NCBI GenBank assembly: GCA_048882485.1
Contig: JBHLRP010000003.1
Location: 104,260-168,259 of the forward strand
DNA from: Candidatus Thorarchaeota archaeon
GTDB taxonomy: Archaea > Asgardarchaeota > Thorarchaeia > Thorarchaeales > Thorarchaeaceae
Length of the DNA: 64,000 bases
Reading direction: 5' to 3'
The notes under the pieces: generated by a model
The model's input: the letters and a program-made list of their open reading frames with translations, nothing else
The model's database searches: none
Told to the model about the DNA's origin: nothing
Shown here: positions 46,405 through 56,456 of the stretch, in pieces
How positions within the stretch are numbered: position 1 is the first letter of the stretch
Layout of the letters: each line of letters begins with the position of its first letter
Program-made: the position numbers and the translations under genes

Positions 46405-48047
46405 TACAACGCGCCTCCTGAAGTTTCTTCTGAAATCTTTCCAATCACAAGAAAGGCGATGAAGCAGATTGCTACCAAGACAAAGGCTGCTGCTCCTGCT
46501 TCAACCATTCTCCTAACACCCAGATATTGATAGATAACAACTGCTAATGTTGTATTCTGCTCAAGTGCAATGAACAATGTCGCTGACATCTCGCCTATGG
46601 CCATAGCAAATGCGAAAACCCCTCCCGCAAGGATTCCAGGCGCGAGCAGAGGAAGCTCAACATAGAGCAGCCTCTGCAGACGCGAAGCTCCTAATGATTC
46701 AGCCTGCTCAATGACTTCACTGTCAATATTCCTAAGAGATAGCTCGATTGCTCTGGTGCTGAAAGGCAGTCCAATAAGGGTTTGAGCGATAACAATCAGA
46801 ACCCATGGATTTGTGGTTAGTCCCAAGGGAACAGCAATAGTCCGCATGAGTCCATAGGCCACTGTGATTGCAGAAATTCCTAGGGGCAGAAGTGTCATTG
46901 CTGATGCCAGAGTTGGCAGGCCCTTTTGTCGAGTACGATGCAAATATGCCAAAGGTATACCAAGCAGGACTGCTAGGATGGTTGCTAGGACCGCGTAAAG
47001 AAGAGAGTTAGCAAGTGGTATTAGCCCGCCTCCTGCACCTGAATTTAGTAGGTTGGCAAACCCTTCCAATGTGTATTGGCCGCTGAAGGGATTATAAACA
47101 GCTGCTTGTGCGATTGCCAGGATAGGCCCTGCAACTAGAACTGCGATCAATATAAGGTAGCCAACAGAACAGACCTTCCAAATCAAGCTGATCTCATCAA
47201 AGGACATTGTCTTGATTGTGCCGGTTCTACCCCCATTTTCCTCAATTCTACCAAGTCTGACATAGGAAAAGGCGAGGGCTAGAGTGATGAGGATTTGAAT
47301 CAATGCCAGAGAGCTGGCTTCGCCAAAGTCAAAGGTCCTGAAAGCATACCATATTCGAACCTCAAGTGTCATGTATCTGCCCTCTCCTAGGGCTAGCACA
47401 ATGGGAAAAGACATGAAGCAGAAAAGGAATGTAAGAACTGCCGCAGCTAGGAGTGAAGCACGAATGTGAGGTAGGATGATATACCTGAATTTCTGAAGAG
47501 TCGTGGCTCCAAGAATCTCTGCGGTTTCCTCAATCTCTGGATTCAATCTCTCAAGTGCAGATGAGACCATCACAATGACTAGAGGTATATTGTAGAATGC
47601 GTGGGCCAAGATTATTCCAACGAATCCATTTGCTAAGTTCATAATGCTATCAGAAGTTCCAGCTATTGTCATAAGCAAGGAGTCCAGGATTCCAAATTCT
47701 CCAAAAACTCGGAGGAAGCCCACCACTACGACGATGGGCGGCAATACGAAGGGAACAATGAGCGATGCTCTCAAAAGAGATTTACCCCTCATTCTCAATC
47801 TGGCTAGAAGGAATGCGCCAGGCAGCCCGATAATCACAACCAGAATAGTGCTAATGAGGGCTTGAACTACAGTGAAATTGAAGACAGACTGTGTCACTAT
47901 GGAGGAAATGACTTCGATGAACGATGTGCCAGGTCCATAAATAAGACCCTCGACTAGAACTGAAACGACAGGGAAGATTAAGAATGCCCCGAGAAGCACC
48001 AGCGGGGAAGCAATAGCGGCCCATCTAATCGATGTTTTCCAATCCAT
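46404..48047 (-). CDS. thiP: Thiamine ABC transporter permease
   Basis: Duplicated permease with two EAA-like loops (EETAEILGA, EQAESLGA) and PFVLPPIVV. Confidence 0.85.
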   Translation of the reverse strand: MDWKTSIRWAAIASPLVLLGAFLIFPVVSVLVEGLIYGPGTSFIEVISSIVTQSVFNFTVVQALISTILVVIIGLPGAFLLARLRMRGKSLLRASLIVPFVLPPIVVVVGFLRVFGEFGILDSLLMTIAGTSDSIMNLANGFVGIILAHAFYNIPLVIVMVSSALERLNPEIEETAEILGATTLQKFRYIILPHIRASLLAAAVLTFLFCFMSFPIVLALGEGRYMTLEVRIWYAFRTFDFGEASSLALIQILITLALAFSYVRLGRIEENGGRTGTIKTMSFDEISLIWKVCSVGYLILIAVLVAGPILAIAQAAVYNPFSGQYTLEGFANLLNSGAGGGLIPLANSLLYAVLATILAVLLGIPLAYLHRTRQKGLPTLASAMTLLPLGISAITVAYGLMRTIAVPLGLTTNPWVLIVIAQTLIGLPFSTRAIELSLRNIDSEVIEQAESLGASRLQRLLYVELPLLAPGILAGGVFAFAMAIGEMSATLFIALEQNTTLAVVIYQYLGVRRMVEAGAAAFVLVAICFIAFLVIGKISEETSGGAL

Positions 48048-48062
48048 GAATTCGCACCTGAA

Positions 48063-49202
48063 CTAGGTTATTCTAATCTCATCAAAGGTATCAAGCCAAA
48101 TGGTGAGATTAGCAGCAATTTCTGTTCTTGGGAGGAGATCGTTCAACAATGATACATCACTAGGATGCAACGCATATTCGAAAGCAGGATCCAGTGACAC
48201 TCCAGTTCTAACAGGAAACATCCATTGGTTTGTGGCTATAAGGGATTGAACTGTTTCATTCAGACAAAAATCAATGAATAACTTAGCGAGATCGGGATTT
48301 GGACCGTTCTTGACTAACCCCATCCCTTCAACTTGCATCCACGCATAGTATTCCCCATCATGGTAGATTGGCGCTATTCCTGTTTCTGGCTCTCCACCAT
48401 ATGTATAGACTGAGAATGCGCCATCAGTTCCATAGCTATTCATGATGTGTTTACTTTGTGTATTGTACCAAACATTCCATGCTTCAGACCATCCTGGCTG
48501 CACATCTATATACTCATTGACATCGATCCACCAATCTGTCCAGTTCACATACAGAAGCTTCTCATAGACAGCAATCTCAGTCAGAAGAAAAGCAAGACCA
48601 GGGCTGCTGAAGTGAGGGTCTTCAGTTACCAGGCCGCCAGCCAAGGCCGGATTTGTCAGGTCAGCGAATGTTAGATTGTTAAGCTCTGGGAACAACTCAA
48701 GACTGCTATCCTTGTATATCAGGGTAACAAGGCCAAAATCAAAGGGGACAATATAGTGGTCTGGATCGAGGACGTCTATAAATGTCGAGTTAACAACTCC
48801 GATATTGCTCGGTATGTAAGGAGTTAAGAGATCGGTGACTCCCGGTTGGAGAATCAAGATATTGTCTATCCCTATGATAACATCAGCAACTGGATTGCCT
48901 TGTTCTGTACCCAATCTTGAAACGATACCATTCGCATCTGTCCGAAGCCTTTCGATTGTTACGTTGCAATCAAATTGCTCCTCAAATGCACTAAATGCCC
49001 TCTCGAATATTGTGTCTGGATCATCGCCCCATTGCATGAAGCTATCGTATGTATAGACAATCAGGGTTGGCCTCTCACTTGGAGGCCGGTATGATATGAG
49101 TGCTATTGAAGCGACTGCAATGACAGCTACAACTATCACTACCGCAATCACATTCTTGGGATCTCTTCTCACTGGATACTCTGACATCGCAGACACAACC
49201 AT
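48063..49202 (-). CDS. thiB: Thiamine ABC transporter substrate-binding protein
   Basis: VYTYDSF..WG, ADVIIGID, SSPGLAFL, WSEAW, QVEG and NQWMFPV motifs. Confidence 0.88.
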   Translation of the reverse strand: MVVSAMSEYPVRRDPKNVIAVVIVVAVIAVASIALISYRPPSERPTLIVYTYDSFMQWGDDPDTIFERAFSAFEEQFDCNVTIERLRTDANGIVSRLGTEQGNPVADVIIGIDNILILQPGVTDLLTPYIPSNIGVVNSTFIDVLDPDHYIVPFDFGLVTLIYKDSSLELFPELNNLTFADLTNPALAGGLVTEDPHFSSPGLAFLLTEIAVYEKLLYVNWTDWWIDVNEYIDVQPGWSEAWNVWYNTQSKHIMNSYGTDGAFSVYTYGGEPETGIAPIYHDGEYYAWMQVEGMGLVKNGPNPDLAKLFIDFCLNETVQSLIATNQWMFPVRTGVSLDPAFEYALHPSDVSLLNDLLPRTEIAANLTIWLDTFDEIRIT

Positions 49203-49210
49203 CCTTATAT

Positions 49211-49239
49211 CTTAGTTATACAACTAAGTTATAGAACTA
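49211..49239. promoter_or_regulatory. Putative ThiR operator
   Basis: Inverted repeat CTTAGTT-ATAC-AACTAAG (49211-49228) and two tandem AGTTATAsAACTA units between the divergent thiB and thiR genes. Confidence 0.65.
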
Positions 49240-49264
49240 GCTGAGATAAATAGTTTACTCAGGA

Positions 49265-50200
49265 GTGATTATGATGAGACCACCGTGTGAACTCGTTCAA
49301 AAGGAGTATCTGCCAAATCTGAGAGCTAATCTTGCAAAGAGGCTTCACGAGTCAGGCCAGTCACAGATTGAAATTGCCAGAAGGATGAACATCACTCAGG
49401 CTGCAGTGAGCAAATACCTCAGTCAAGGAAGTAAGAAAGGCTCACTGCAGAAAGATGTGGACATTCTCGCAGAGAAGCTCACTAGCATGATTCTTTCAGA
49501 TGCACCTCGCCAAGACACAATGGTGAAGGAGATATGCAAGACCTGCATGTATCTTCGAATCGGGTCTACAATCTGCAAGATGCACAGAGACTCTGTACCT
49601 ACCTTGGGCGAAGTGAAATGTCAAATTTGTACTGATCTCCTTGCAGGTGAAGAAAGGGAGTTTACAGGTAGAGGAGTAACACTGAGGGACCTTCAAGGTG
49701 CCCTCACTCTAATATCAAACGCCTCCCAGTTCGCACGTCTAATCCCTCAGGTGAGAGCCAATCTCGTAGCATGTGGGGTCGATGCTAGAACACAGATGGA
49801 TGTCGCCGGCGTTCCGGGAAGAATCACCCTTGTAAACGGGCGTGCTGTTGCTCTCACATCTCCTCAATTTGGTGCTTCGCGACATACTGCCAACCTTCTT
49901 CTTTGGGCGCGATCAAATTGGCCACCAATTCAAGCTTGCCTTGGTATAAGTGGAACTGAGGAGATAGTCGCGGCCGCAGAAGATAGCGGTTTCAAAATGA
50001 TAAGCCTATCAATGCCGGCTAGTGATCATGAAGCAATTTCTAACGCTGCTCAGAAATTCATAAAGGGTCTGAAAAAGACGCTGCAATTCATTGCTATTCA
50101 TGTCCCTGGTGGAATTGGCGTAGAGCCCATTCTTTACCTATTTGGCCCAAGCGCGATGGCCTTAGCCAATGAATCGATAGCCTTGAGTATGAAGCTATGA
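49265..50200 (+). CDS. thiR: ThiR transcriptional regulator (HTH plus ThiN-like domain)
   Basis: MRPPCE, SQIEIARRMNITQAAVSKYL, IPQVRANL, VAGVPGRI, FGASRH and GGIGVEP; divergent from thiBPQ. Confidence 0.85.
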   Translation: MIMMRPPCELVQKEYLPNLRANLAKRLHESGQSQIEIARRMNITQAAVSKYLSQGSKKGSLQKDVDILAEKLTSMILSDAPRQDTMVKEICKTCMYLRIGSTICKMHRDSVPTLGEVKCQICTDLLAGEEREFTGRGVTLRDLQGALTLISNASQFARLIPQVRANLVACGVDARTQMDVAGVPGRITLVNGRAVALTSPQFGASRHTANLLLWARSNWPPIQACLGISGTEEIVAAAEDSGFKMISLSMPASDHEAISNAAQKFIKGLKKTLQFIAIHVPGGIGVEPILYLFGPSAMALANESIALSMKL

Positions 50201-50269
50201 GGTCCTGTCATACACATCCTTGACTCTTGCATTTCATCTATCTCGATTTGCGAGAGTGCGCATGCAATG

Positions 50270-50680
50270 TTATACTAGTTCTCCTAGTATAGATATCATG
50301 TTCCATATTTTGGATAGAATGTCTGTATAGGTTATTATGCCTACGAGGCTCTCCTCTTGCATGACTGGTATCTTCCTAACCCGCTTTTCTGCCATGATTT
50401 TGACTACCTCTGCCACGCTGGCGGATTCGCATATCGTTATCACGGGGTGAGTCATGATTTGCTTCGCTGCAATGGTTTCTGGGGATAGGCAAGGCTCAAC
50501 CACCCTCATGAGGACGTCGCGTTCGGATATTACACCAACCGGCTTATTATCCTGTACAACAATTATCGACCCTATGTTGAACCTATTCATGGTGGCGACG
50601 ACCTCTTTAACGCTGGAGTCTGGTCCTGTCACCCTAACACCCTTCGTCATGACATCTTTGACAAGGAGCGTATCAACCAT
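50270..50680 (-). CDS. Tandem CBS-domain protein
   Basis: VKDVMT...VGVISERD and IMTHP...LVGIITYTD. Confidence 0.9.
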   Translation of the reverse strand: MVDTLLVKDVMTKGVRVTGPDSSVKEVVATMNRFNIGSIIVVQDNKPVGVISERDVLMRVVEPCLSPETIAAKQIMTHPVITICESASVAEVVKIMAEKRVRKIPVMQEESLVGIITYTDILSKIWNMISILGELV

Positions 50681-50995
50681 CGTGTGCTTTCAATCCTTGG
50701 CTGCGCGCGCATGTTTTTGGTTCCACATACTCACATCCTATTAATCAACATGTCTTAAATCATGGAGTAATAAGCCATCTTTCGCTCTCCGTCTTTCTTC
50801 TTTAAGGTGTTGCTCTTGGCCTGCTTCTTTGACCATTTTATGTTGGTCTAGTGCAAATTGATGCCTACCACGTTGGCATTCAGTTTATGCACATTTAGGA
50901 TAGTCATCGCATAGTAAGCAGCTCTTGACAACTGCGGGAATACCTGCGACAAGAACGGTAAGAGTGGTGGGGGTAATACAAAGCCAGAAGTAAGG

Positions 50996-51976
50996 ATGTA
51001 TCTTCCAATCTGTAGCAAGGTGCTGACTCAGAATCATAATAAGGATTCAACGAAATCCGTTGAGTTAAACATCCTTATTTCTTCATGGAACGAGCATCAG
51101 TTGACACCACAATCTGGGCGATCCGCGATGGTCAAGATTAGAAATGGATTGATGAAGGACTGCAAAGACCTCCTAGAAGTATATATGGGCACTCGATGGT
51201 CCGAGGGATTCACTACTGTTGAACAGGTGAAACTAGAACACAAGGGGGTAGCTTTCGAGAAATGGGGCTGGCTTGTGGCTGAGGCAAGAGGCAAAGTAGT
51301 CGGTGAAATCCTGTGTCGCATTGAAAAGAATCCAGTTGCTGGAAGAATCGGAATCATAAGGAACCTCGGCATAGATGTTCGGCATCAGAAGAAAGCAATT
51401 GGAACCAAACTGACTAAAGCAGCTGAAAAGGTGTTACGCTTAAAGAAGGCGGGAAGGTTCGTTGGTACCACGACTCCAGAGGCTTATAACTACTGGATGA
51501 AAGTTGACTATCATAAGCGATACTGGCTAATGAGAATTGAAGCGCTTCTCTCGAAGATACCTGCAAAGAGATCAAAGAAGTTGCATCGAGAACTCCTCTC
51601 CAACCCAAAAGGACTTCCAAAGAGTATGCGCTTCTCTAACCTTGCCTATCCTGGAGAACTAGCGGAAGTTGTCAGAGAAATCATCACCTATGGAAAATCG
51701 GGGTTGATGATGGAGTTTCACTCAGAGAATGCTTTGTTGGGCGTGGGTGCAGTTGTTATGCGGGATGACAAGACAGCGAAATTCATGGCCGATGTAACGC
51801 CCAAAGGAGTAGATTTCGCAGATCTCGTAGTATTGCAGACCGCAAAGGCAGCGGCCAAGTTGAAGCCCAAATCTGTTTGGACTCTAATTCCTGAGGATAA
51901 ACTGCCATGGTATAGGGGATTGGCCAAATGGAAGTCCGAGATGTATCGGAACTTCCCTGTGACCAAATTAGCCTAG
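50996..51976 (+). CDS. GNAT-family acetyltransferase (start probably 51128)
   Basis: LGIDVRHQKKAIGTKL motif A. Confidence 0.75.
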   Translation: MYLPICSKVLTQNHNKDSTKSVELNILISSWNEHQLTPQSGRSAMVKIRNGLMKDCKDLLEVYMGTRWSEGFTTVEQVKLEHKGVAFEKWGWLVAEARGKVVGEILCRIEKNPVAGRIGIIRNLGIDVRHQKKAIGTKLTKAAEKVLRLKKAGRFVGTTTPEAYNYWMKVDYHKRYWLMRIEALLSKIPAKRSKKLHRELLSNPKGLPKSMRFSNLAYPGELAEVVREIITYGKSGLMMEFHSENALLGVGAVVMRDDKTAKFMADVTPKGVDFADLVVLQTAKAAAKLKPKSVWTLIPEDKLPWYRGLAKWKSEMYRNFPVTKLA

Positions 51977-51981
51977 TCTCC

Positions 51982-54174
51982 CTATTCTTCTGTTTCCATT
52001 GCCAGAGGTACTGCGATGTTAGTGAAAATCAATGCGGCTCCTATTGCCCATATACTTGCCATATTGATGTGCCATATTGCGAATGGAAGAGAGTTCACAC
52101 CCATCGCAAAGAAGACTCCTGCTACTACTACAATAAATAGTAGGTCTGCGATGAGCACCGCCCTGATGGGCCCTCCACTTCTCCATCTACGAAGCGGGAA
52201 GCCGAGTGCAATAACAAGAATGATGATCCCGCTGACGATCTCTTCAAGTTTGAAGTTTGCGAACCCGTAAAGTTCTTCGTCGAATCCTTCAAGGCCTTCA
52301 TCTGTCACAACCTGAACTTTCACAACATGTTCCCATTTGCTGTACTGGTTTGTATCGATTTCGAATGTGGCCTCTCCGACATCTACCCGGAGCCCTTCAA
52401 GAGCTGTCACAACTTCATCATCCACAAATACAGTCAGGTTGACAATGTCCCAAGTGCTATCAATTTCCACGGTGAATGTAGTCACACCGACAACAACATC
52501 ATCCAAAGGAGAAACGAAACTCACAGATGGTGCACCATGATTATCTACTTCAAGAATTATCTTGTATGTGAAAGCAAATTCATCAATGGCATATGCCTTG
52601 AATGTGAAGTTATGCTCTCCTTCAGAGTATCCGACGGTGTCGATATTGAACGATGCAATGCCGGTCTCTAGCGTTACGTTTACAACATCAGGTGCAAGGG
52701 CGTCATCAACATAGGCTGACAACGTCACGTTCGGATAGGGAGATTGAATTCGAATGGTGATACTGGCATTGCCTGAGATCTTGTCATAGACGGTAAGGTC
52801 TCTTATTTGGATTCTAACATGATCGAGGAAATTGTAGACTCTTGATGCTGTGCTTTGAAGCCCTTCCTCAGTTTCAACAATCGCCACAATCGTCTGGTCA
52901 CCATTCTCGTAGCGGCTTCCATTTATCGTGTAGATACCTACTCCGCTGGCAACGAGTGTATGATTGTACTCGGATGTGATTTCATCGTCGACGGTAATTG
53001 TGAGGTACACAAACTCATAATCTGAAGTAATATTCAATGTGAAATCGTCAAGTCCGGTGAAGACTTCACCTGCATCGGGTGTCAGAAACACAACAGCCGG
53101 CTCCCCGTGATTGTTTACTGAGAAGATATACAAATAGGTGATGCGGGCGTTCTCTCCAGTCACATTGTACTCCAGCAACAGTGTGAAGTTTAGAGCACCT
53201 TCTCCGAGGATTGTTGTATTCAGCTCTAGGTCATGTTCACCGTTGGCAATGTAAGTCAAATTGAATTGGGGATATTCGATCTCGTCCTCCACAAACAAGG
53301 TTAGATTTGCTCCACCGTAGTCAGAGCCAAGCTCCACAGTGAGGTTGAAGGCATCACTCACTTGGCTCTGGTTAGTTGGAGAGATTAAGGAGAGTGTTAT
53401 GGGCTGCCCATCATTGTCCACAATGAAAACAAGGTAGAATCGATGAGTGTCCTGAAAATTAACGACATCATAGTCAAACATGAGGGTGAAGTTATGCAGG
53501 CCTTCTCTAACGCTGGTTGTGTCAACCTGAATCTCCTGCGGCTCACCAACTATTGTAACACCATCATATGTAGGATAGATCTCACCTTCTATGTAGAGTG
53601 TGAAGTTGATGAAAGCGAAATCTGATGTGATGTTGAGCAGCAGATTCGCTGTCCCTGTGAGTGTGCTTTCATTTGCCGGACTTGTGAGGCTTACTTCGAA
53701 GTTCACAGAATCGTTGTCAACGAAGTATTCTAGGAAGAATGACTCCTTCTCATCCCAAGTCACATCTTTGTACTCAAGGAGTATAGTGAAGTTGAGATTG
53801 CCCTCTGGAACCGATGGCAATGTCGTGTCCACAGATAGTATCTGAGTCCCACTTCCAATCAATGTCTTGTTGTATGCTGAGTAGATTGCATTCTCAATGA
53901 ACAGTGTGACATTTAGATTACCAAAGTCCGATGTGATATCAATTGTGATATCCAGTGTGCCCGAAGTTCTGCTCCTATTTGTGGGGCTGACCAGACTAAC
54001 AGAGATGTTCTGAGAGTCGAAGCCGCCAGTAGCAAAATAATTAGGATCCTTTAGGCTCGCTGTCATGGAACCATCATTTGTGGTCATAGCAAGCGGTTGA
54101 ATATAGGCAACTCCAGCCAACATCATGGCAAGGAGCAGTATTGATAGCAGTCTACTCGTTGACTTCATAGTCAA
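51982..54174 (-). CDS. Cell-surface protein with a signal peptide, about six Ig-like repeats and three C-terminal TM helices
   Basis: Repeated ~100-aa unit SPxN...L.I.ITSD...VTL.ID...IDT...EG.HNFT...VDN with many N-x-S/T sequons. Confidence 0.82.
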   Translation of the reverse strand: MTMKSTSRLLSILLLAMMLAGVAYIQPLAMTTNDGSMTASLKDPNYFATGGFDSQNISVSLVSPTNRSRTSGTLDITIDITSDFGNLNVTLFIENAIYSAYNKTLIGSGTQILSVDTTLPSVPEGNLNFTILLEYKDVTWDEKESFFLEYFVDNDSVNFEVSLTSPANESTLTGTANLLLNITSDFAFINFTLYIEGEIYPTYDGVTIVGEPQEIQVDTTSVREGLHNFTLMFDYDVVNFQDTHRFYLVFIVDNDGQPITLSLISPTNQSQVSDAFNLTVELGSDYGGANLTLFVEDEIEYPQFNLTYIANGEHDLELNTTILGEGALNFTLLLEYNVTGENARITYLYIFSVNNHGEPAVVFLTPDAGEVFTGLDDFTLNITSDYEFVYLTITVDDEITSEYNHTLVASGVGIYTINGSRYENGDQTIVAIVETEEGLQSTASRVYNFLDHVRIQIRDLTVYDKISGNASITIRIQSPYPNVTLSAYVDDALAPDVVNVTLETGIASFNIDTVGYSEGEHNFTFKAYAIDEFAFTYKIILEVDNHGAPSVSFVSPLDDVVVGVTTFTVEIDSTWDIVNLTVFVDDEVVTALEGLRVDVGEATFEIDTNQYSKWEHVVKVQVVTDEGLEGFDEELYGFANFKLEEIVSGIIILVIALGFPLRRWRSGGPIRAVLIADLLFIVVVAGVFFAMGVNSLPFAIWHINMASIWAIGAALIFTNIAVPLAMETEE

Positions 54175-54298
54175 GCCTTCCTGATACCCAGTGACCAGTG
54201 GTCAGGCTGGGGCGACAGGATTGAGCCCGTTTTTAAAGCTAGCGCCGGTTTGATATTCGTACGACTACTGATGTTGAACCGCATTCAATTCCCTTATA

Positions 54299-55252
54299 TT
54301 GGAATACGGAGCAAAGCCGCTGATGACGCAGACAGGACTTGTAACAAACATCCAAAGATGTTCGACTGAAGATGGACCTGGTATACGCACAACTGTTTTC
54401 ATGAAAGGCTGCCCAATGAGTTGCACTTGGTGCCATAATATCGAAACCATTGATTCCGAACCACGAACAGTTTGGTACTCCACAAAATGCATCGGTGACA
54501 AAGCCTGCATCGAAGCCTGTCCAGAGGGGGCTCTCACATTTCTTGAGGAGGGCATGCGGATTGACCTAGAGAAATGTAAGACCTGTGGGACATGTGAAGA
54601 TGCCTGTCCAACGGGAGCCATTAAGGTCATGGGAAAAGAATGGGAATCAAAAACTCTTGTTGAGGAGCTCCTTCGCGATAGGGTCTTCTTCACGACATCT
54701 GGTGGTGGAGTCACTCTATCTGGCGGAGAAGCAACCTATCAGTCAGATTTTATGGTAGAGGTTGCTGAGGGTTTACGTGCCGAAGGAGTTCATGTCGCAC
54801 TAGATACATGTGGTTACTGCAGTGAGTCTGTGATCAAGAAAGCATTGTCTGTCGTCAGCATGGTTCTTTACGATCTGAAGGTAATGGACGCCGAGAAGCA
54901 TTTGGAATACACTGGAGTTCCTTTGGACCTGGTCTTGACAAATGCCAAGATTGTAGCTGAGAGCGGATTGCCCGTGTGGATTAGGACGCCAATAATTCCC
55001 GGATACACCGACGATGAAGAGAATATCAGGGCAATCTCACGATTTGTAGTTGACAATATGCCCAATATTGAGAGATTCGACCTGCTAGCGTTCAACAAGA
55101 TGTGCATCGACAAGTATGCCCTTTTCGGATTGGAGTATCCGCTCAAGGATGAAGAGCTTATGACGCCCGAGAGAATGGAGCATCTAGCCTCGATTGCCAG
55201 AGAGGAAGGTGTATCGAATGTTATATGGTCTGGAATGACCAAAGTGAGCTGA
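54299..55252 (+). CDS. Glycyl-radical enzyme activating protein (radical SAM with a ferredoxin insert)
   Basis: DGPGIRTTVFMKGCPMSCTWCHN, CKTCGTCEDACP and GGVTLSGGE. Confidence 0.92.
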   Translation: MEYGAKPLMTQTGLVTNIQRCSTEDGPGIRTTVFMKGCPMSCTWCHNIETIDSEPRTVWYSTKCIGDKACIEACPEGALTFLEEGMRIDLEKCKTCGTCEDACPTGAIKVMGKEWESKTLVEELLRDRVFFTTSGGGVTLSGGEATYQSDFMVEVAEGLRAEGVHVALDTCGYCSESVIKKALSVVSMVLYDLKVMDAEKHLEYTGVPLDLVLTNAKIVAESGLPVWIRTPIIPGYTDDEENIRAISRFVVDNMPNIERFDLLAFNKMCIDKYALFGLEYPLKDEELMTPERMEHLASIAREEGVSNVIWSGMTKVS

Positions 55253-55304
55253 TGAATATGCCAAGGCATATTCCATAACGCAAAATGCCACACCACAATC
55301 CTTT

Positions 55305-55871
55305 TTGTTCACAATATTCAGCAAATCTTTCGAGCCATCGATGAGGACCTGGGCATATTCCACAAAGGACGGAGCCTCCATAACAGTGCGTCATGCAGTT
55401 CCGGCTGATGCTAGGAAGCTTCACGGTGGATTTAACGAGGTCATTCAAGAGGGGATTTGGCTTCCGACATTCAATGCTAATAGCAACATTGCTGACTGGG
55501 TCAACTGGATTCAACGGACCAATCAATGTCGCGACGTGATGTTGGTCGCTGAGATTGATGATGAATACACGGGACATCTTACTCTTCAGACAGAGGAATG
55601 GATGGCGTCTGGGCATGTCGCCAAGCTGGGCATTATTGTAGCCAAAAAGGATAGAGGGAGGGGTATTGGCCGGGCTTTGATGAGAGCAGCTGAAGAGGCG
55701 GCGGTGGATTCTGGCTTTGAAAAGATTGTGCTTAGCACTTTCGAAGACAACGCTATCGCCAGATCACTATACATTGCAATGGATTACCGCCAAGTCGGTA
55801 TTAGAAAGCGTCACTTTAAGATGCCGAAGGGCTTTATAGACGAAGTGCTATTTGAAAAGGAACTAGTCTAG
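55305..55871 (+). CDS. GNAT-family acetyltransferase
   Basis: RGRGIGRALM and NAIARSLY motifs. Confidence 0.85.
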   Translation: MFTIFSKSFEPSMRTWAYSTKDGASITVRHAVPADARKLHGGFNEVIQEGIWLPTFNANSNIADWVNWIQRTNQCRDVMLVAEIDDEYTGHLTLQTEEWMASGHVAKLGIIVAKKDRGRGIGRALMRAAEEAAVDSGFEKIVLSTFEDNAIARSLYIAMDYRQVGIRKRHFKMPKGFIDEVLFEKELV

Positions 55872-55886
55872 TGATCCAAGCATAGG

Positions 55887-56408
55887 GTGGTCACCTGGAT
55901 GTGGCGTGACATTGTAGAGTATTTTCATGATTCACCTCAAAGGTTGAAGGTTGCTCAGGCGATTGTTCGTCATGGCTTCCATATTGAAAAGCCAGGTCTG
56001 GTACGCTGTGGCCCTATCAGGATTCCGTTGAAAGCGATTGGGGACGCACTTGGTATCGATAGGCGAACAGTTCGAGCAACAACGGAAGATATCTGTCAGA
56101 ATGAACGACTCTGTGAATTCTTCAAACGTTTGCAGCCAGCGGGGCCTTCATTGGAGAAGGTACGTGAAGTTCTAGGTTATGGTGTATTGACTATCTATGT
56201 GGATTCTCCCGAAAATGCAGGTATTCTTTCCGAAGTGACATCAATAATAGCTGGATATGGCATTTCAATCCGCCAAGTCCTAGCTGAGGACGTTGAGATT
56301 TACGAACAACCTTGTCTGAAAGTCATCACTCATGAACCCCTTCCAGGCAGGGTTATTGAAACACTCACTGCGATTAAGGGTGTGAATCGAGTAATAATTG
56401 AGAAGTAG
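55887..56408 (+). CDS. ACT-domain regulator of amino acid metabolism (archaeal)
   Basis: IGDALGIDRRTV HTH plus the GILSEVTSIIAGYGISIRQ ACT domain. Confidence 0.85.
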   Translation: MVTWMWRDIVEYFHDSPQRLKVAQAIVRHGFHIEKPGLVRCGPIRIPLKAIGDALGIDRRTVRATTEDICQNERLCEFFKRLQPAGPSLEKVREVLGYGVLTIYVDSPENAGILSEVTSIIAGYGISIRQVLAEDVEIYEQPCLKVITHEPLPGRVIETLTAIKGVNRVIIEK

Positions 56409-56456
56409 CAGAAACACCACTTAGGAACACTGAAAAGGCTGCACTAATGCCCCGCC

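Noticed and set aside
50681-51120. Possible small ORF or ncRNA in a long intergenic region
   Set aside because: Only short frames with no motif, and no tRNA or other recognisable structure.
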